A stretch of 64,000 nucleotides of DNA from contig CM119371.1 in the NCBI GenBank assembly GCA_051294905.1, positions 41,666,001 to 41,730,000 of the forward strand. Reading direction: 5' to 3'. The DNA is from Botryllus schlosseri (taxonomy: Eukaryota). Each line of letters opens with the position of its first letter. Position 1 is the stretch's first letter. Below, in pieces: positions 1 to 13,800 of this stretch. The position numbers were made by a program, and so were the translations under genes. Under the pieces are notes generated by a model. That model saw only the letters and a list, made by a program, of their open reading frames with translations. It ran no database searches and was not told the DNA's origin.

Positions 1-1499
1 CTGATAGCCTGAGCCTAAGCCTAAGCGTGGCGGCTGCATAGTGAATAGTTGACTGAGAGGAGTGATTGCCAAAAAATGAACTTGCGCATTAGGGCTGTTC
101 AAAAATAACCTTTTTTCCTGAATCTTGCTGGTTACTTGATTAAATCGTTTGAGCCTACTAATGAGCCTGGTAGCTGTACAATAGGTTTGCTTAGTTGCGT
201 ACTGTACATTGTACTAGTGTCTGATAGCATGAGCATGAGCAATGAGCATGAGCCTACGCCTCAGCTGATAGCTGAATACGTGAATGGTCGCTGTAGAAAA
301 CCTTGCTGGCGCTGAGGATTTAAACCTTCCTAATATAACTTGTGGAATTCGACTTTCTTAGATGTTATGGAAGCCATAATTGTATAATTGTATCATTTCA
401 AGCTACTATACTACTACTTGTAATTGAGAAGAAATTTACTGCTCTATGTGATAGTTTATACTCGAAATAATTCGCCAAATCACGGTTTCTAGGTTTGTAA
501 ATTCGACTGCATTGCAACGGATGTTTTATTAAATGCAGTATTGAAACTCGACCGCAGAAAACTTCAGTCCGGAGATATTTTGTGTTCAGAGGAGGTCAGA
601 CTCTCACAAACAAGAAAAACGTTCTATGACGCAACCAATCACCACGCGTGACGTCATGAAAGCACAAGACAGCATGAACAAGAGGTGATGATTCAATAAT
701 CCATTGTTTATTGCTGATAGACTAGATTTGTAGGATAAGAGGAAAGCTAATTTAATAGTGAATAAATGGCGACGCAAGATTACATAATGCGGTTTTATAC
801 AGTCTGGCGATATCATCAACCGATATTCTGTCATGAATGACGTAACTCTGCGGAAATAATCCATTTTATTCGACTCGTGGATTTGAATGCGTTTCGAGAG
901 CAATCTTCAAGTCAACTTTTCACCTTTCTATGTCTGCACTTATTTACTCAAGCCATTACAGGCGGCTTTTCTGTACGCCCGAGCGAACGCGAGCTCGATA
1001 TCATATCAGGGAAGCAGGTATTTGTAACACACTGCGTGGGATGTGTGTTATTTCTTGCAGATAGGCGAGGAGATTAGCGTTTAGTTCACTTTTTACCGGT
1101 AATCCTGTAATCGCGATTAACAGCAAGTCTATAAGGAGATTGGAAGGTCTTTGCACGACTTTGCCAACAGTGCATTGTTGTGTTATGTAGGCTACAACAA
1201 ATAATTGTGCGAAAATTGTTAATTTGTGTCAAGCGTTGGACAATTAAAAAATGCAACAAAATTCAAGATTAATTCGCATCAATCCAGAGTTGATTGTTGT
1301 GAGCATGAGACTTGCAAATGTATGTGCATGTGCACTGTACAGCAAGCCTGGCACGTTTCGCGCGATATAGTTCTCTTGTGCCATTTTCAGGAAAAACAGA
1401 AATTACATTGGAATTAAAGCATAGAAAGATTTCGCGAAAGAGATTGGAATTACGTTACTATAGACTGTGAATCGACTTTAGCGGTTTTCTGGCATTACT

Positions 1500-2762
1500 C
1501 AAAAGCGTCAGCATATCAGTAATATATAAAGATTTTATGCGACTACAGAGAAAATAAGACCAGTTCTACGCCACGTATAGATATCATCGTATTTTCCGAC
1601 CAGCGCTGTGAATTAATGGGTGCAAAATAACCGTATTTATGAGACCTAAGTTATAAATTGGGTAAATAGCACTGACAGGTACAGTGAAGGTAAACTGTGA
1701 TTTACACCCTTACATGGGGTTAAAATCGTCAAACACACCTTGCCCAATGAGATTATACGGGTGTGTTTGCATGTAACACCTTTCAGATGGCTTGGGGTGG
1801 TTCACGAAAACACACCACTAAAGATATCTTCCGTGCATAACTGCATATGGCTATTTCCACTGGTAATAAGGCTGTGAGATCGCAATATAGTAATGTACCA
1901 AAAGGATATTTTACCTTATTTACACCCTACGTCAGATCTTCACAGTGACTTCTACGTTACACCCTTCCAAGGGCTTAAAATAGTGGGATACAAAACTGTA
2001 AATCAGGCAACTGCACTTTCAGATCCTGATAGGGGTAAATTGCGCTAAATCACTCGTCTAATAAGTAAAAATAGTCAAATACACCTCAACTAAAGCCATT
2101 AGTGAGGGTGTGCTTTGGGTAATACTATTAGAGATGACGTCGGGTGGTAAACCTAAAACAGGCGTTGGATATATCTCCTGGCTTTGTATTTCACTATTTT
2201 CATCAATTGGACGGGTGTAAATCGCAATTTAGTAACAAAAGTGCATTTTACGTGACTTATACGGTACGTTACGGTGAAAATTGACGAAATACGCCTATTT
2301 TCGTATGCCGTATGCCGTGTGCCTATTTCATTGCAGTTTGTTATAATGCTGCGAGTTGATTGTGACTTGGCAAATATGTTATTCCCACTAACGTATGTAG
2401 CTTTGTACTGCTTTTTTCGTATGTTGTGACGCAACCAATCAAGGTTTTCAGCCTGCTGCAGTGGAAAATTGCAGCGAAACTATAATTAATACTACGCTTT
2501 ACTATACTATACTATACTATCTATACTACATTATACTGGTATCTGTACATGCAATTTAGCTTTACTGTACTAGTAACTGCCTTTTACCTTATTTGCTGCC
2601 TACGTTAAGGCGAAAATCTGATAAATACACTTATTTTACAGCCATGAATTTACAGTGTTGACCGGAAAGACAACATATTATCCATACGCGGCGTAAAATT
2701 GTCTTATTTTCACTGTTTTCGCATAAATATTACATATATTCCGCATCATCCATACGCTTTTG
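1500..2762. mobile_element. Old foldback/MITE-like element with diverged long inverted repeats
   Basis: ~1500-1632 (gaaaataagac...tacgccacgtat...ttccgac...aaaataa) is the reverse complement of ~2630-2762; internal tttacaccc-type motifs recur. Confidence 0.55.
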
Positions 2763-4694
2763 AAGCTTTAATGATTAGATGATACCAGAATACCATTATA
2801 TATACCCGCTTCGCAATCTGGTAATCTCAATTTCAATATAGGCTAAATTGTGAATGTTTGCGGTAGCATTATCGACCAGACGTTTACATTTGCGTTATAT
2901 CAACTCGCCGCAGACATTGACATATTGGTCGAGTCGTTATTTCTATGCGTAATCCGACAGCGATTTTCTTCAGTTCGAACGCATTGCTAGCATTGACAAA
3001 TTATCCGACGTGCTGTTCAAACTATTCGACAAATTCCTGGTATCGCTAGGTTGACGTTGAGAGGTATCGCTTAATTCCATGCGTCGAACATGAGACAGTA
3101 ATTTTATAAGCTTTATGAGCGGCTAAAAGGTTTTGTCAAATCGGTAAAACTGATTTTCACGCCTTCGTATAGTCTTACGCTAAGTGATGTCTTATCGAAA
3201 CGAGGCAGGGTTGATGGGTTGGCAACTGGTAAAAGATTTTGTGTACAAACAACCAATCCAGATAGTTTACGGGCAACTTTACCTAACTATATAGTGAATA
3301 GTGAATAGTTCTAATTACGCATATTGAAAATACAGTACTTCTACAAGTCTGCTCTGGTTTGCCAAATCTTTCGAAAATAACGCCTAATAGTGCGAATTGA
3401 ACGCCAATATTCCTAACATCCCAACATATAAGGAAGAACTATAAATTCAGCAGTTCAATTGCGCCCAAAGCGGCTTACTTTAATTATTCTAAAGAACATC
3501 TAATTATATAGATAGATTAGGCTAAAAATCGACACTGTTCCGAACAATCGCATCGCCAAATTATGGAATTGAATGTTACATTCGAATCTAAAATCTGGAG
3601 GGTTTGCTTTTGAAAACGTCAAAGCCGCCGTCTCTGCCTAATTTTATAGTTGGTTCGAGTAAGTTCATACATCCAAGAAGTAATTAGTCTTTATTGCTCA
3701 CTGCGCGATTCTCAATCAATTTTAAGAGGCCATAAAGAGTCATTAAGACGTGACAGATAGATTGTGACAACGCTGTGAACCGGACATCGTGAATCTTGAC
3801 TCAGAAGTGATTCTTACGAGCGCCTTATTTACAGAGATGGACAACTATACAGAATTTTTAGCTTTTTTTAGCTTTTTTAGAACCAAAATGTGAGCATAGA
3901 ATTAGATTAGAATTACATTGCCTCAATTTGCTATAATTAGTTTAATGAGACAGCCAAAATGACCTGGTTGTCTATGTCTGGGCAAAATTGGCTTTGTAAA
4001 AGTTTGTAACACGATTTTCCTCGATTGGTTTGCTACCAAACGCCGCCAGTGATAACAGACAATAGCATCGTAGCTCTGATATCAATTACATGATTCCATA
4101 ATGTAAAATTCTATATCGTTGTAATATTATCTTGAGAGGTGTCAACGAGATACGCGCACAGTAGTAGATCACCGTATCTTGGTAGTGCGAGGCTTGGAAA
4201 ACACTCCATATAGTCGGTAGTATACGCTATCAAGGAAGGGAGCATACAGTAGAGCAGCTGTAGAATATATATAAATCAAATTCAGTTCGTATCAAATCAG
4301 AATGATTCTCATTTTTAAATTTAGATTGGGGTGGAATTTATAGCTACGTAATTTCATGCAAAATTAGATTTCAATTAGCTTCTGTTTTGTTTCAAATTAT
4401 AGCTTGGACTTAAAATGATAGCTACACAGTTTTTTTTACAAATTACACTGGAATTAGAACTAGAAATACACATTTTCCAAATTACATTAGAATCAGAATT
4501 TTAGCTACACCCTTTTTCCAAATTAGACTAGAATTGGAATTATAACTACACAGCTTTTTCCAAATTGGATCAAACTTAGAATGATTGCTAAAGGTACATA
4601 GTGTTCATCGAATTAGTTTAGTATTAGAATTACCGAATTTGCGAAAACTAAGGTTCAGTTCAAGTCATAGCGGAGCTGATTCTCTAATTCTCGA

Positions 4695-5040
4695 CAAGAT
4701 AGCGTAATGGTTAAGCGTCCGGCTTCTTGATCGGTAGGTGGTGGGTTGGATTCCCGGCCGGGTCAGACCACCAAAGACCTGATTAGTAACACTGGTATCC
4801 ATGGCTTCCCTGCTTGGCGCTCATGCGTTACTGGGATAGCATGGAGGGGTGGAGCATCACTTAGAAAGCCGTAAAGGCTACATCTGCATTTCCTTGTCCA
4901 GCGGCATATGCACATCATGCACTCATGGTATGCATATGCGCAGATCGTGTGTATGTGTATCATGAGTCGGTGTGTATGCCACAAAAACATCAAGGACAAA
5001 AATAAACTACGTCCTTTCCTTTCCTTTTCCTTTCCTTTTC
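4695..5040 (+). mobile_element. tRNA-derived SINE (central domain resembling the Meta-SINE core)
   Basis: A-box-like tagcgtaatggtt, B-box-like ggttggattcc, core ccaaagac...ggcttccctgcttggcgctca and a (ctttc)n tail; near-identical copy at 13744-14065. Confidence 0.8.
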
Positions 5041-7650
5041 GTAAGTACGAGAATGGTAAATGTTTGTACAGCAAGCTTAGTTCGTAATATACACAGTTCT
5101 CCTGTTTCATTTTCAGACAAACCACAACTTATATTATAATTCATATGAAAGCATTGAAACATTGCACGATTTAGATTACAATTGGATTTATGCAGACATT
5201 GATTTCGCTCTGATTGCAGAACTCCAATTATCAACATTTGCCCAAGTCTACAATTGAACATAAGGTCTTGTTAATTACATCGAAATGGATTTTTAAAACG
5301 GAACATATCGCCTACATTGAGTAGATTTGATTTAGACCAGCCGTTGACAATAATATTGTAGCTGTCAACTTTGGTGTAAACCCAAAGCAGTCTGGTTTAT
5401 TTAAATATCAATATCTATGCATTGAAGTTCAGTACGTTCCAAAATATATTCAAACTGTATTCTCAAAGTATTCATTGAATTTCCAAACTGAAAGCTTCAC
5501 ATATGGTGCTAAGTGGACGCGTCACTATCAAGTGTTGAGAAAAGGAGGCTTATTAATCACAATTGGACCCGCAGGAACCGCAGGACAAGAAATCCGAAAT
5601 GAATCATTCTATGGGAAACAGTTAAAGTTTTTATCTACATTAATCCTAGTTTAATAATACATTGGCATTCAAAGAAACCCGAATGTTTTCGGCTGGTACT
5701 CGTCGGGGCTCATCGTCAGCAACTAGTAGAGAATTGGAAAGAACATTGCATATCTTCAAGTTGCAAATCAAATTTTAGTGATAGAATTTGCCTGTGACTT
5801 GCAAATGACATTCGTTTGGTATGTTATAAGTATATATTTGTAATATTTTGATCTAATTCCGAAATACCTGTGTAGCTATAATTCTAATGACACTCTAATT
5901 CGGAAATAACTGTGTAGCTACAACTATAATTCTAGTCTAAATTGAAAGTGTGTAGATATAATACTAATTCTATTTTAATTCGGAAAAAAACTGTGTAGCT
6001 ATAATACTATAGTTATACTCTATTTTCGAAAAAAGTGTAGCTATCATTCTAATTCTTATCTAATTCGGAAATATCAATGTAGGTATAATTTTAGTTATAC
6101 TCTAATTGGGAACATTATAATTCCAATCTTATATGGAAACTACTGTACAGCTGTAATTTCAATTATACTCTAATATGGAAAAACAATGTAGCTGTAATTC
6201 TAATTGTAATCCTATTTGGAGGAAATTGTAGCTGTAATTATAATTCTAATCTAATTTGGAAAAATCTGTGAAGCTATACACATCGGCGTATTTGTTTTCG
6301 TATGGCACGGTTCAATCCTCGTTGGTCGCCATTATGACATTACCATACCAATACATTCTGACTGTTAGGTCGTACTGCATATTGGTTTTGTTATGAATCT
6401 GGATTCGTAAGCTGTACGTCTGTATAGCCTACGTAGGCTACTTATACACTGTAGATAAACTAAACGCATTTCCGGATTAGTTTATACAGCATTCAGTATT
6501 AGTCCACACAGTAGGTTTCAGTTATGATCAGGACAGCTTTAGAATTTGCTATACGAAGACTTGGACAATAAATAATTCCTGTTGTATAAATTGGGTGATT
6601 AAAGCGAAATGCAGGTAATATAATACAAATACAATTTGCGAAATGTAATCTAATTCGAAAATAAACTGTGTAGCTATCATTCTGAATTGTAAAATATTGT
6701 GTAGCCACCCTTATCAGGAAAAGGTGTGAAGCTATAATTTTAATTATTAGTATAATTTGAGAAAAAGTGGTGCGTAGCTCTAATTCCAATTCCAATCTCG
6801 TTTGGAAAAGCGGAATATTTTATCCAGTTTTCCAAGTCTGGTTATATGTAGGCCTAGCTCAAATCTATAGTTTGATGACCATGGTACTTTAGGAGTAGCG
6901 CGGCGTGTGACTTTAATTAATAGGGTGTCGTTTGCTGTATTGGTTTTATTTTGAATCTGGATTACGCAGAGGTTGTACTCGGGTTACGTAATCACGGTAC
7001 ATAAATAAACAGGCTTCAAAGTAACCGCATTTCCGGATTAGTTGATACAGCCTGCGGATTAGTCCACACATTACTATTCAAATGAACGATTTATTTTTGA
7101 AATTCGAAGATGTTTGCGCGGGGCGTGATATGTCCTGGACTGCTTCAGACTACACTTTTAGAATTGAAATGAATTGTGATACTTCGAAACTTACCAATGC
7201 ACCTCAGCCGTTGTAAGATAAGGCGTATTTACAATTTTATTCGAAATTTTCGTTGCCACGATATATGAATGATTGCCTACGGATTAGGCTTTTGAAGTAA
7301 TAACTGATGCTGTTAGGAGAGCGATGAATCAATATCGTAATATTGCAATTGAAAATTCAATAAATATGACCGCGGTTTAGTATTTGGAACTGAAAATTCG
7401 GATGCTTTTCAGTTTTCATGCGATATTTTAACCAAAATCAGCCTTGATCAGATTTTAACCCGAGTTTATAAACACCGTATCGAAAGTTTTCTCTGCTCTG
7501 AATTTGATTCAAATCTTAAATCGTTCCATATTCGGGGTTTAGAGTCAGTTTAGGGTCGGGATTAGGTACCGAATTGATTTGCAAACAACCCGCCAAGAGT
7601 AATTTGACACTGATAAAACATTCAGAATTACGATATGATTGTTTTTTCAG

Positions 7651-7860
7651 CAACGCAGCTAACTCTGATAGTGAGGAAGAACTGAATTTTGTGGAGAGGC
7701 TGAAATTTTTCAAACAACTATCGACCAAACCCAAAAAAGGTGATGCTTTTCCTTTTTGACTATCTCAATTATATCACAAACCTTCTCAATTCCAGGTTCC
7801 GTGGTTCGGCGTCAATCGGAATCGAGGGAAAACTTTCAAGCGAAAACAACTCACGACCCG
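7651..7860 (+). CDS. SVIL: Supervillin N-terminal exons 7651-7739 and 7796-7860 (56-nt intron)
   Basis: tttcag acceptor; [16 protein letters not shown] resembles supervillin N-terminal repeats; phases join to the 12015 exon. Confidence 0.6.
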
Positions 7861-10800
7861 GTGATCATCTCCCTACTATTTTATTCTCTAGTTCGTGGGC
7901 TAGTTTCAATCTGACTTCAGATCGTCTCAAAATCTGCTGACTACGTTCAAGTGTTTATTTTAAGCTGTAGATGTTGTTACAGAACTAGAACTACTGGAAA
8001 TAGATGTATTCACTCTTGAAAATCTAGAACTATAGACCTACTTACATTTCAAAACTAGCAAATAGAACTAGAACTACAGGTACTCACTTTTCAAAATCTA
8101 GATCTAGAACTAAAACTACTCACTTTCAGAATCCGCCACAAGAACTAGCGAGCTACTCAAATTTCAAAATTAGCCACTAGGAACTATACACTATTTTCAA
8201 AATCATTAAATCAAATCCAATCGAATTCTCTGCTTATCAATGTGTATTTATCCGATCGCCACCCTAGAGTGGGATGGAAATCGGGCACACGGCACTTTCT
8301 AACGCTAAATTATGGTTTCACGTTCTTCGAATGGGTAAAAATGAGTCAAATACACCAATTCGTATTCAGACATATCCAAGTGACGCAGTGGATCATGTTT
8401 TCGTTATGACCGTAACCTTAAAGTTTTCGTTGGACTTGCAGAAACTATCCCCTTTCCGAGATCAGCAACTAAAACTAGAACAAGAAATACTAGAGATACC
8501 AACAGTAAGCTTGCTGATAATCAGTAGTTTGTACGGGTATGTCCTATTTCCAGCATTATAATGACAAAAACTAACTTGAAATCGTTCATTTTTTCGATAT
8601 ATCGTAAATGAAAGTAGTTTCAAGCGCTGGATATCGCGTTTCAATTGTCGCTCGCTTTAACATGGTCCATGACGTCATCGGTTTGTTATGGCGGATTTTA
8701 TGAATGAGCCGTTCTTGGCTTCAGAGCTTTAGAATTACGGGAAATGGCCTTTTGTATTGATTCACCAGCTTCTTTGAGGTACAGAACTTCAATATACAAT
8801 TGAATAGTATATTCATATTAAAATGAACCCGAATATTTTCGGCTGACACTCGTCAGGGGTAATCGTCAGCAACTAGTAGAGAATTCGAAAGAACAGCGTA
8901 TATCAACAATCGTAACACAAAATATGACGTCACCAGCACGAAATGTCGAATACGAGAGCGTTCAATGTACTATTTTTAGATGATACACGAACTCTTTTTG
9001 TTGACACAGCCTTGGCTGGTGTATTTTGATAAAAGTCGACTCCAAGGCGCACAAATGAAAGTGTGAGCGACCCTTTCCGAGTATGCGAAATCTGTCGTCT
9101 CGATAATTTTTCGCGCAGGCGTATTGATTCATTGAGTAAATTTCAACAGATTTGAGTTGCAGCTAGTTCGTTTTGTGTGTATACGTATTATTGACCGAAG
9201 TGCGCAACTAGTAGGCGGTGCCGTACTGTAATACCGGTAGATGAGTCACAAGAATGTCATACTGGATACCGCCTGGCGCCTGCGCCTACCACTACATTAA
9301 CAATAATAAGATATGAATTCGCCTTAAACTCTCGAGTTATATACCAGAGGTTGTAGTTAGTACTGATAGAAGTAACGTTTCATAGTTCTACTCAATTTAA
9401 ATTACAAGTTGTTATTTTCAAGTGAGAATTTTTGCATGCTCTCCAAATTAGATTAGAATTAGAATTTGCGATCACTTTCTCATCAAATCACTAATCAGAG
9501 TTAACTCATAATAAGCACGAGAACGGTACACTACACCGGGACTGGCAATATACAGTTCTGTAGTATTTCCAGAAAAACCGGAGATTAAATTAGATTTGAT
9601 TATGGAGCATATCAATTTTCCAGAATTTAGATTAGAATTACAATCACTTAATTTGCTAAGCCACAGTATTGGCTTACTTTTGTAACTAAACCAACTTGAT
9701 TGTCGTTTATTTGCAATAACAACTTGTACAATTGAATAATATAATATTGAAATGAACATGAATATTTTATGGTTTATTTCAATTGACACGATACGAAGTT
9801 ACTATTCAATTGTATACTGAAGCTCTGTATAGGGCTCTTCAAAACACAGCAGCACAGTCTTATTCTTCGTCCTGTTCAGCTACAGACTAACAATATGTAG
9901 CAATAGGCCTTGGTCGGAGCCATAATCTCTCCAGAACAAGTGATGCATTCTGCTTATTGCTTTGATAATAACACTTTACCGGATTTTGTGGAGAATTGGA
10001 TTGGATTCGATGATTTTGAAAAGTGCGAACCGTAGTTCAGGTTGCGCATTTCTTAAAGTGAGTACGGTTGCTCAAAGTTTTAGTTCTAGTTCCTAGTTTT
10101 CTAGATGAATAGTTCTTGTTCTACTTGCTAGTTTTGGAAGGGAGTAGTTATAGTTCTAATTGCTGGTTTTCAAAATGAATAGTTTTAGTTCTAGTTCAAT
10201 TGCTAATTTTCAAAAATGAATAGTTCTAGTTCTAATTGCTAGTTTTCAAAAATGAATAGTTATAGTTCTAATTGCTAGTTTTCAAAAATGAATAGTTCTA
10301 GTTCTAATTGCTAGTTTTCTAAAATGAATAGTTCTAGTTCTAATTGCTAGTTTTCAAAATGAATAGTTCTAGTTCTAGTTATAATTGCTTGTTTTCAAAA
10401 TGAATAGTTCAAGTTCTAATTGCTAGTTTTCGAAATGAGTAGCTCTAGTTCTAATTTCTAGTTTTCAAAATAATAGTTCTAGTTCTAGTTCTAATTGCTG
10501 GTTTTTGAACTGAATAGCTCTAGTTCTAATTGCTAGTTTTCAAAATAAATACCATGGTTCTAGTTCTAGTTTCTAGTTTTAAAAGTGAGTACCGTAATTT
10601 TCCATGTATAATGCGCAAACTTTTACCGTTTTTTTGCCCTAAAATAGGGGGGTGCGTATTATACATGGGTACAGCAAGCCTTGAAAAAAATCTCCCTCAA
10701 TCAAAAACTTTAAATCACACCTTTCTTCATGTTTGTTTCCAATGGTGCATCACCTCTAGCCATCATGCCCCATAATTCGTATTACAGAGTATAGCGTGTT

Positions 10801-13800
10801 GCCAATTAACCAGAGTCGTATGCACAGCACTTGATCTCTTGCTTTTAGTTTGCTGTGTGTACGCGAGCGAAATTAGGTCGCTGATCGCTACAAGCGTGCG
10901 CAGCAATCCTTGCTTATTTTATAGGTTTAAATAAAAAGGTTTGTAGTACTAACAATTTTACTTGTGACAGTTCGTCAAAAATAGGTCTGCGCCGATATTT
11001 TCCCAACTTTATAGTATCAAACAGACTTGGCCATGTAGTTTTAGTTCTAGCTCTAGTATTCTAAATCTCTCTTGTGAAATGTTTCCATACTCCCATTTCA
11101 ATTCCGATTCTAATCCAATTTTTGAAATGTTTCCATACTCTAGTTGTAATTCTAATCTACTTCCTGGTTCTCCGGAAAATGCTACAGGAAAACTGTAGGC
11201 TATAGTGTGAAATGAGTCTAGCTTGCTGTACAGACATTTGTCATTCTTGTGCTTGCAAAAATCATCTATGATTTGATAGCCTATCCAAGTTTTCGCAAAT
11301 TCAGTAATTCTAATGCAATTTGTAAAAAAACTATGTGCTTCAGCTAATATTCTAATTCTAATCTAATTTGGACAAAATCGATGCAGTTATCAATCTTATT
11401 TTAGTCTTATTTGGAAAGATTAGGTAGCTATAATTTAATTTTAATCTAATTTGGGAAAAAACTATGTGGGTATAATTCTAATTCTAATCTAATTTGGACA
11501 AGAGTGTGTAGGCTAGCTATATTTCAATTCTAGTCCAATTTAGAATAGAGTTGGTAGCTACTAACTATAATTCTAATTCTAGTATAATTTGAAAAAGAGT
11601 GAAAGCTTTTATTGTAATTTTAATCTAATTCGTAAAAGAGAGTGTATTGTGCATGTGCATGCTGTTTTTCTAATTTCAATCTAATTTTGAAGAAAAAAAC
11701 TATGTAGGCCTAGCTATAATTCTCATTTTTAATCTACTTTTGAAAAAACTGTGTCTAGCGATCATTCTATATTTAATCTAATTAGGAAAAAAAATCAGTA
11801 CCTTTTTACAGAAGTTTTTTAGCTGACTCTCAAAGTAGTTAGGTCTCGAACAGAAGTAGAAATAACGCTCCTCAAGCACCCCTGTTGATAATCTATATTC
11901 TACCCGTCGATATCAGAATACTCTGAAGTATAAGTAACCAATTTCCGAGTTAGTAAGAAAATTAATATAAAAATTGTGGGAGCCTAATAGTTTATGACTG
12001 TTCATTTTTTCCAGAAAACGCCAGATTCTGAGATTTCTCGCAAAAACTCGAGTTCGAGTTCGACTACGATCGATGAACCAGAATCGGGAAGGAAAAAGGT
12101 TCCCCCGAAGTAATTTATTATTATTTTAAAATTCAAAGTGCCGAATTTCGGACACATATCCTGTTTCGAAAACACTTTTATCCCAATCCAATGTCCAAGT
12201 CTGGATCCACGAGTTCTGTTTCAGTTCCGAGATGTCGGAGTCCATTTCTGAACGAATGTCGAGACTACGCAACAAACAGAAGGAAGAGAAATGGAGGAAA
12301 GAGAACAGAAGTTCTGAGGTCAAGTCCAGTGTCTCCGAGAGATTGAACTCTTTGAAAGGACAGGAGGAAAGGTGAAAAACTATTATTTTTCAAAACCACC
12401 CCGCTAAATACACTACCGAGTAGAAATTGATAACATTACTTCTACGTTTTTATCGGTTGTGACCAAGACACAAGGCTCCGAGTCACAGGTCAATATCGCT
12501 TTGATAGTTTTGACTCGAGTCGAGTCATTTTCAATTCACCACCGAGTTAAGTCCGAGTCAGCTAGTAGAGGGTCGAGTCCGAGTCATGGTATTGTGACTC
12601 GAGTCCGAGTCCAAGTCATTGTGTTGACTGCTCAGTTTCCGGTTAAAGTCTCGTTAAACCCACTTTTTATAACTCTGTTTGGCGATATCGAATGGTTCGC
12701 ATTCATAGTATACTAAATTTCCTCACTTTTTGCAACCCTGCTTTTTACATTACAACGTTGACTGCTACTTGAAGCAGTTTTTGTACGTCTTGTAAATCAA
12801 TACTTCAACTAGTAATTGAGTAGCTTTAGATGAGTGCTCTTCAACCTTTTTCGCCAAGGTACAACCTTTTACCGTTTACTGAAAACTCATACACTCCTGA
12901 CCCCCAGTTATACACGTCCGCATTTCGAATACACATAACATATGGTTGCACTCCAGCAGGGTGTCGTCATAGCCCCCTGCACAACAAAAAGCCTATTACT
13001 GGGAAATTTGCCTTTGTGGTGTTCTGTGCCATCGCTGAGTTCTTGATATATACCATGTGTATGAAAGTTTCTACATGCAGGCTTACTATATAAGATATGC
13101 ACCAAAATCGCGAGGATAAATGTTAGGGAAAGTTGATGGAATGCAACTTCTAGTCCGTGAAAATCTTCTCAACCTCGTGAAGGAATTTTGTCGTTAATAT
13201 TATAGGTAGGGCAATTTAGTTTTGACGTGTAAAAAAAAGTCAAAATTCGATCAAAATTGTTGACAAGTCAGAACTTTTTGCAGCTTGCATTTCGTTTTTG
13301 TCGTAGATTTTGCACGGCGAACTTATCATTCAACATTTTACAGCTTGTAGCCTACTTTATCGGCCTACCATTGTAGACGGCCCATTGTCTGATCATTGCG
13401 AATCATAAACATTCAAATGAAACAAATAGGTAGACATGGTGTTATATGCTTAACGTGCCGCAATATCCCAACTGGAGCAGGACTGCGTGGGCACTGCATG
13501 GTTCTTATATCAAGAAGCGCATGATGAAAAATTGTGATGTAGACAAAACTGTCAGAATGAAGCAACACGGTGTGTCACCAGCAGTGTACGCACAACTTTC
13601 GTGTTGTCAGCCAACAATTACTGCTATCGAACGTTCTTTCTCCATTCTTGGCAAGCTACTTAGTAAGGACAGACACTTTCTAGTCGAGAATGCAGGAAAG
13701 TAATTTTCTGTTGCACCACAAATTTTTTCAATTATTTCTACCAGGAAAGGACGTAGTTTATTTTTGTCCTTGATGTTTTTGCGGCATATACACCGACTCA

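Noticed and set aside
877..1077. Possible first exon of supervillin (cag|gtattt near 1017)
   Set aside because: No homology or phase support that I can verify.
4695..4770. tRNA gene
   Set aside because: No full cloverleaf; it continues into a SINE body that is repeated elsewhere.
4763..5125. 120-aa ORF and its counterpart at 13764-13997
   Set aside because: Antisense translations of the SINE.
13446..13703. Functional transposase gene
   Set aside because: Only a short decayed hAT C-terminal remnant.
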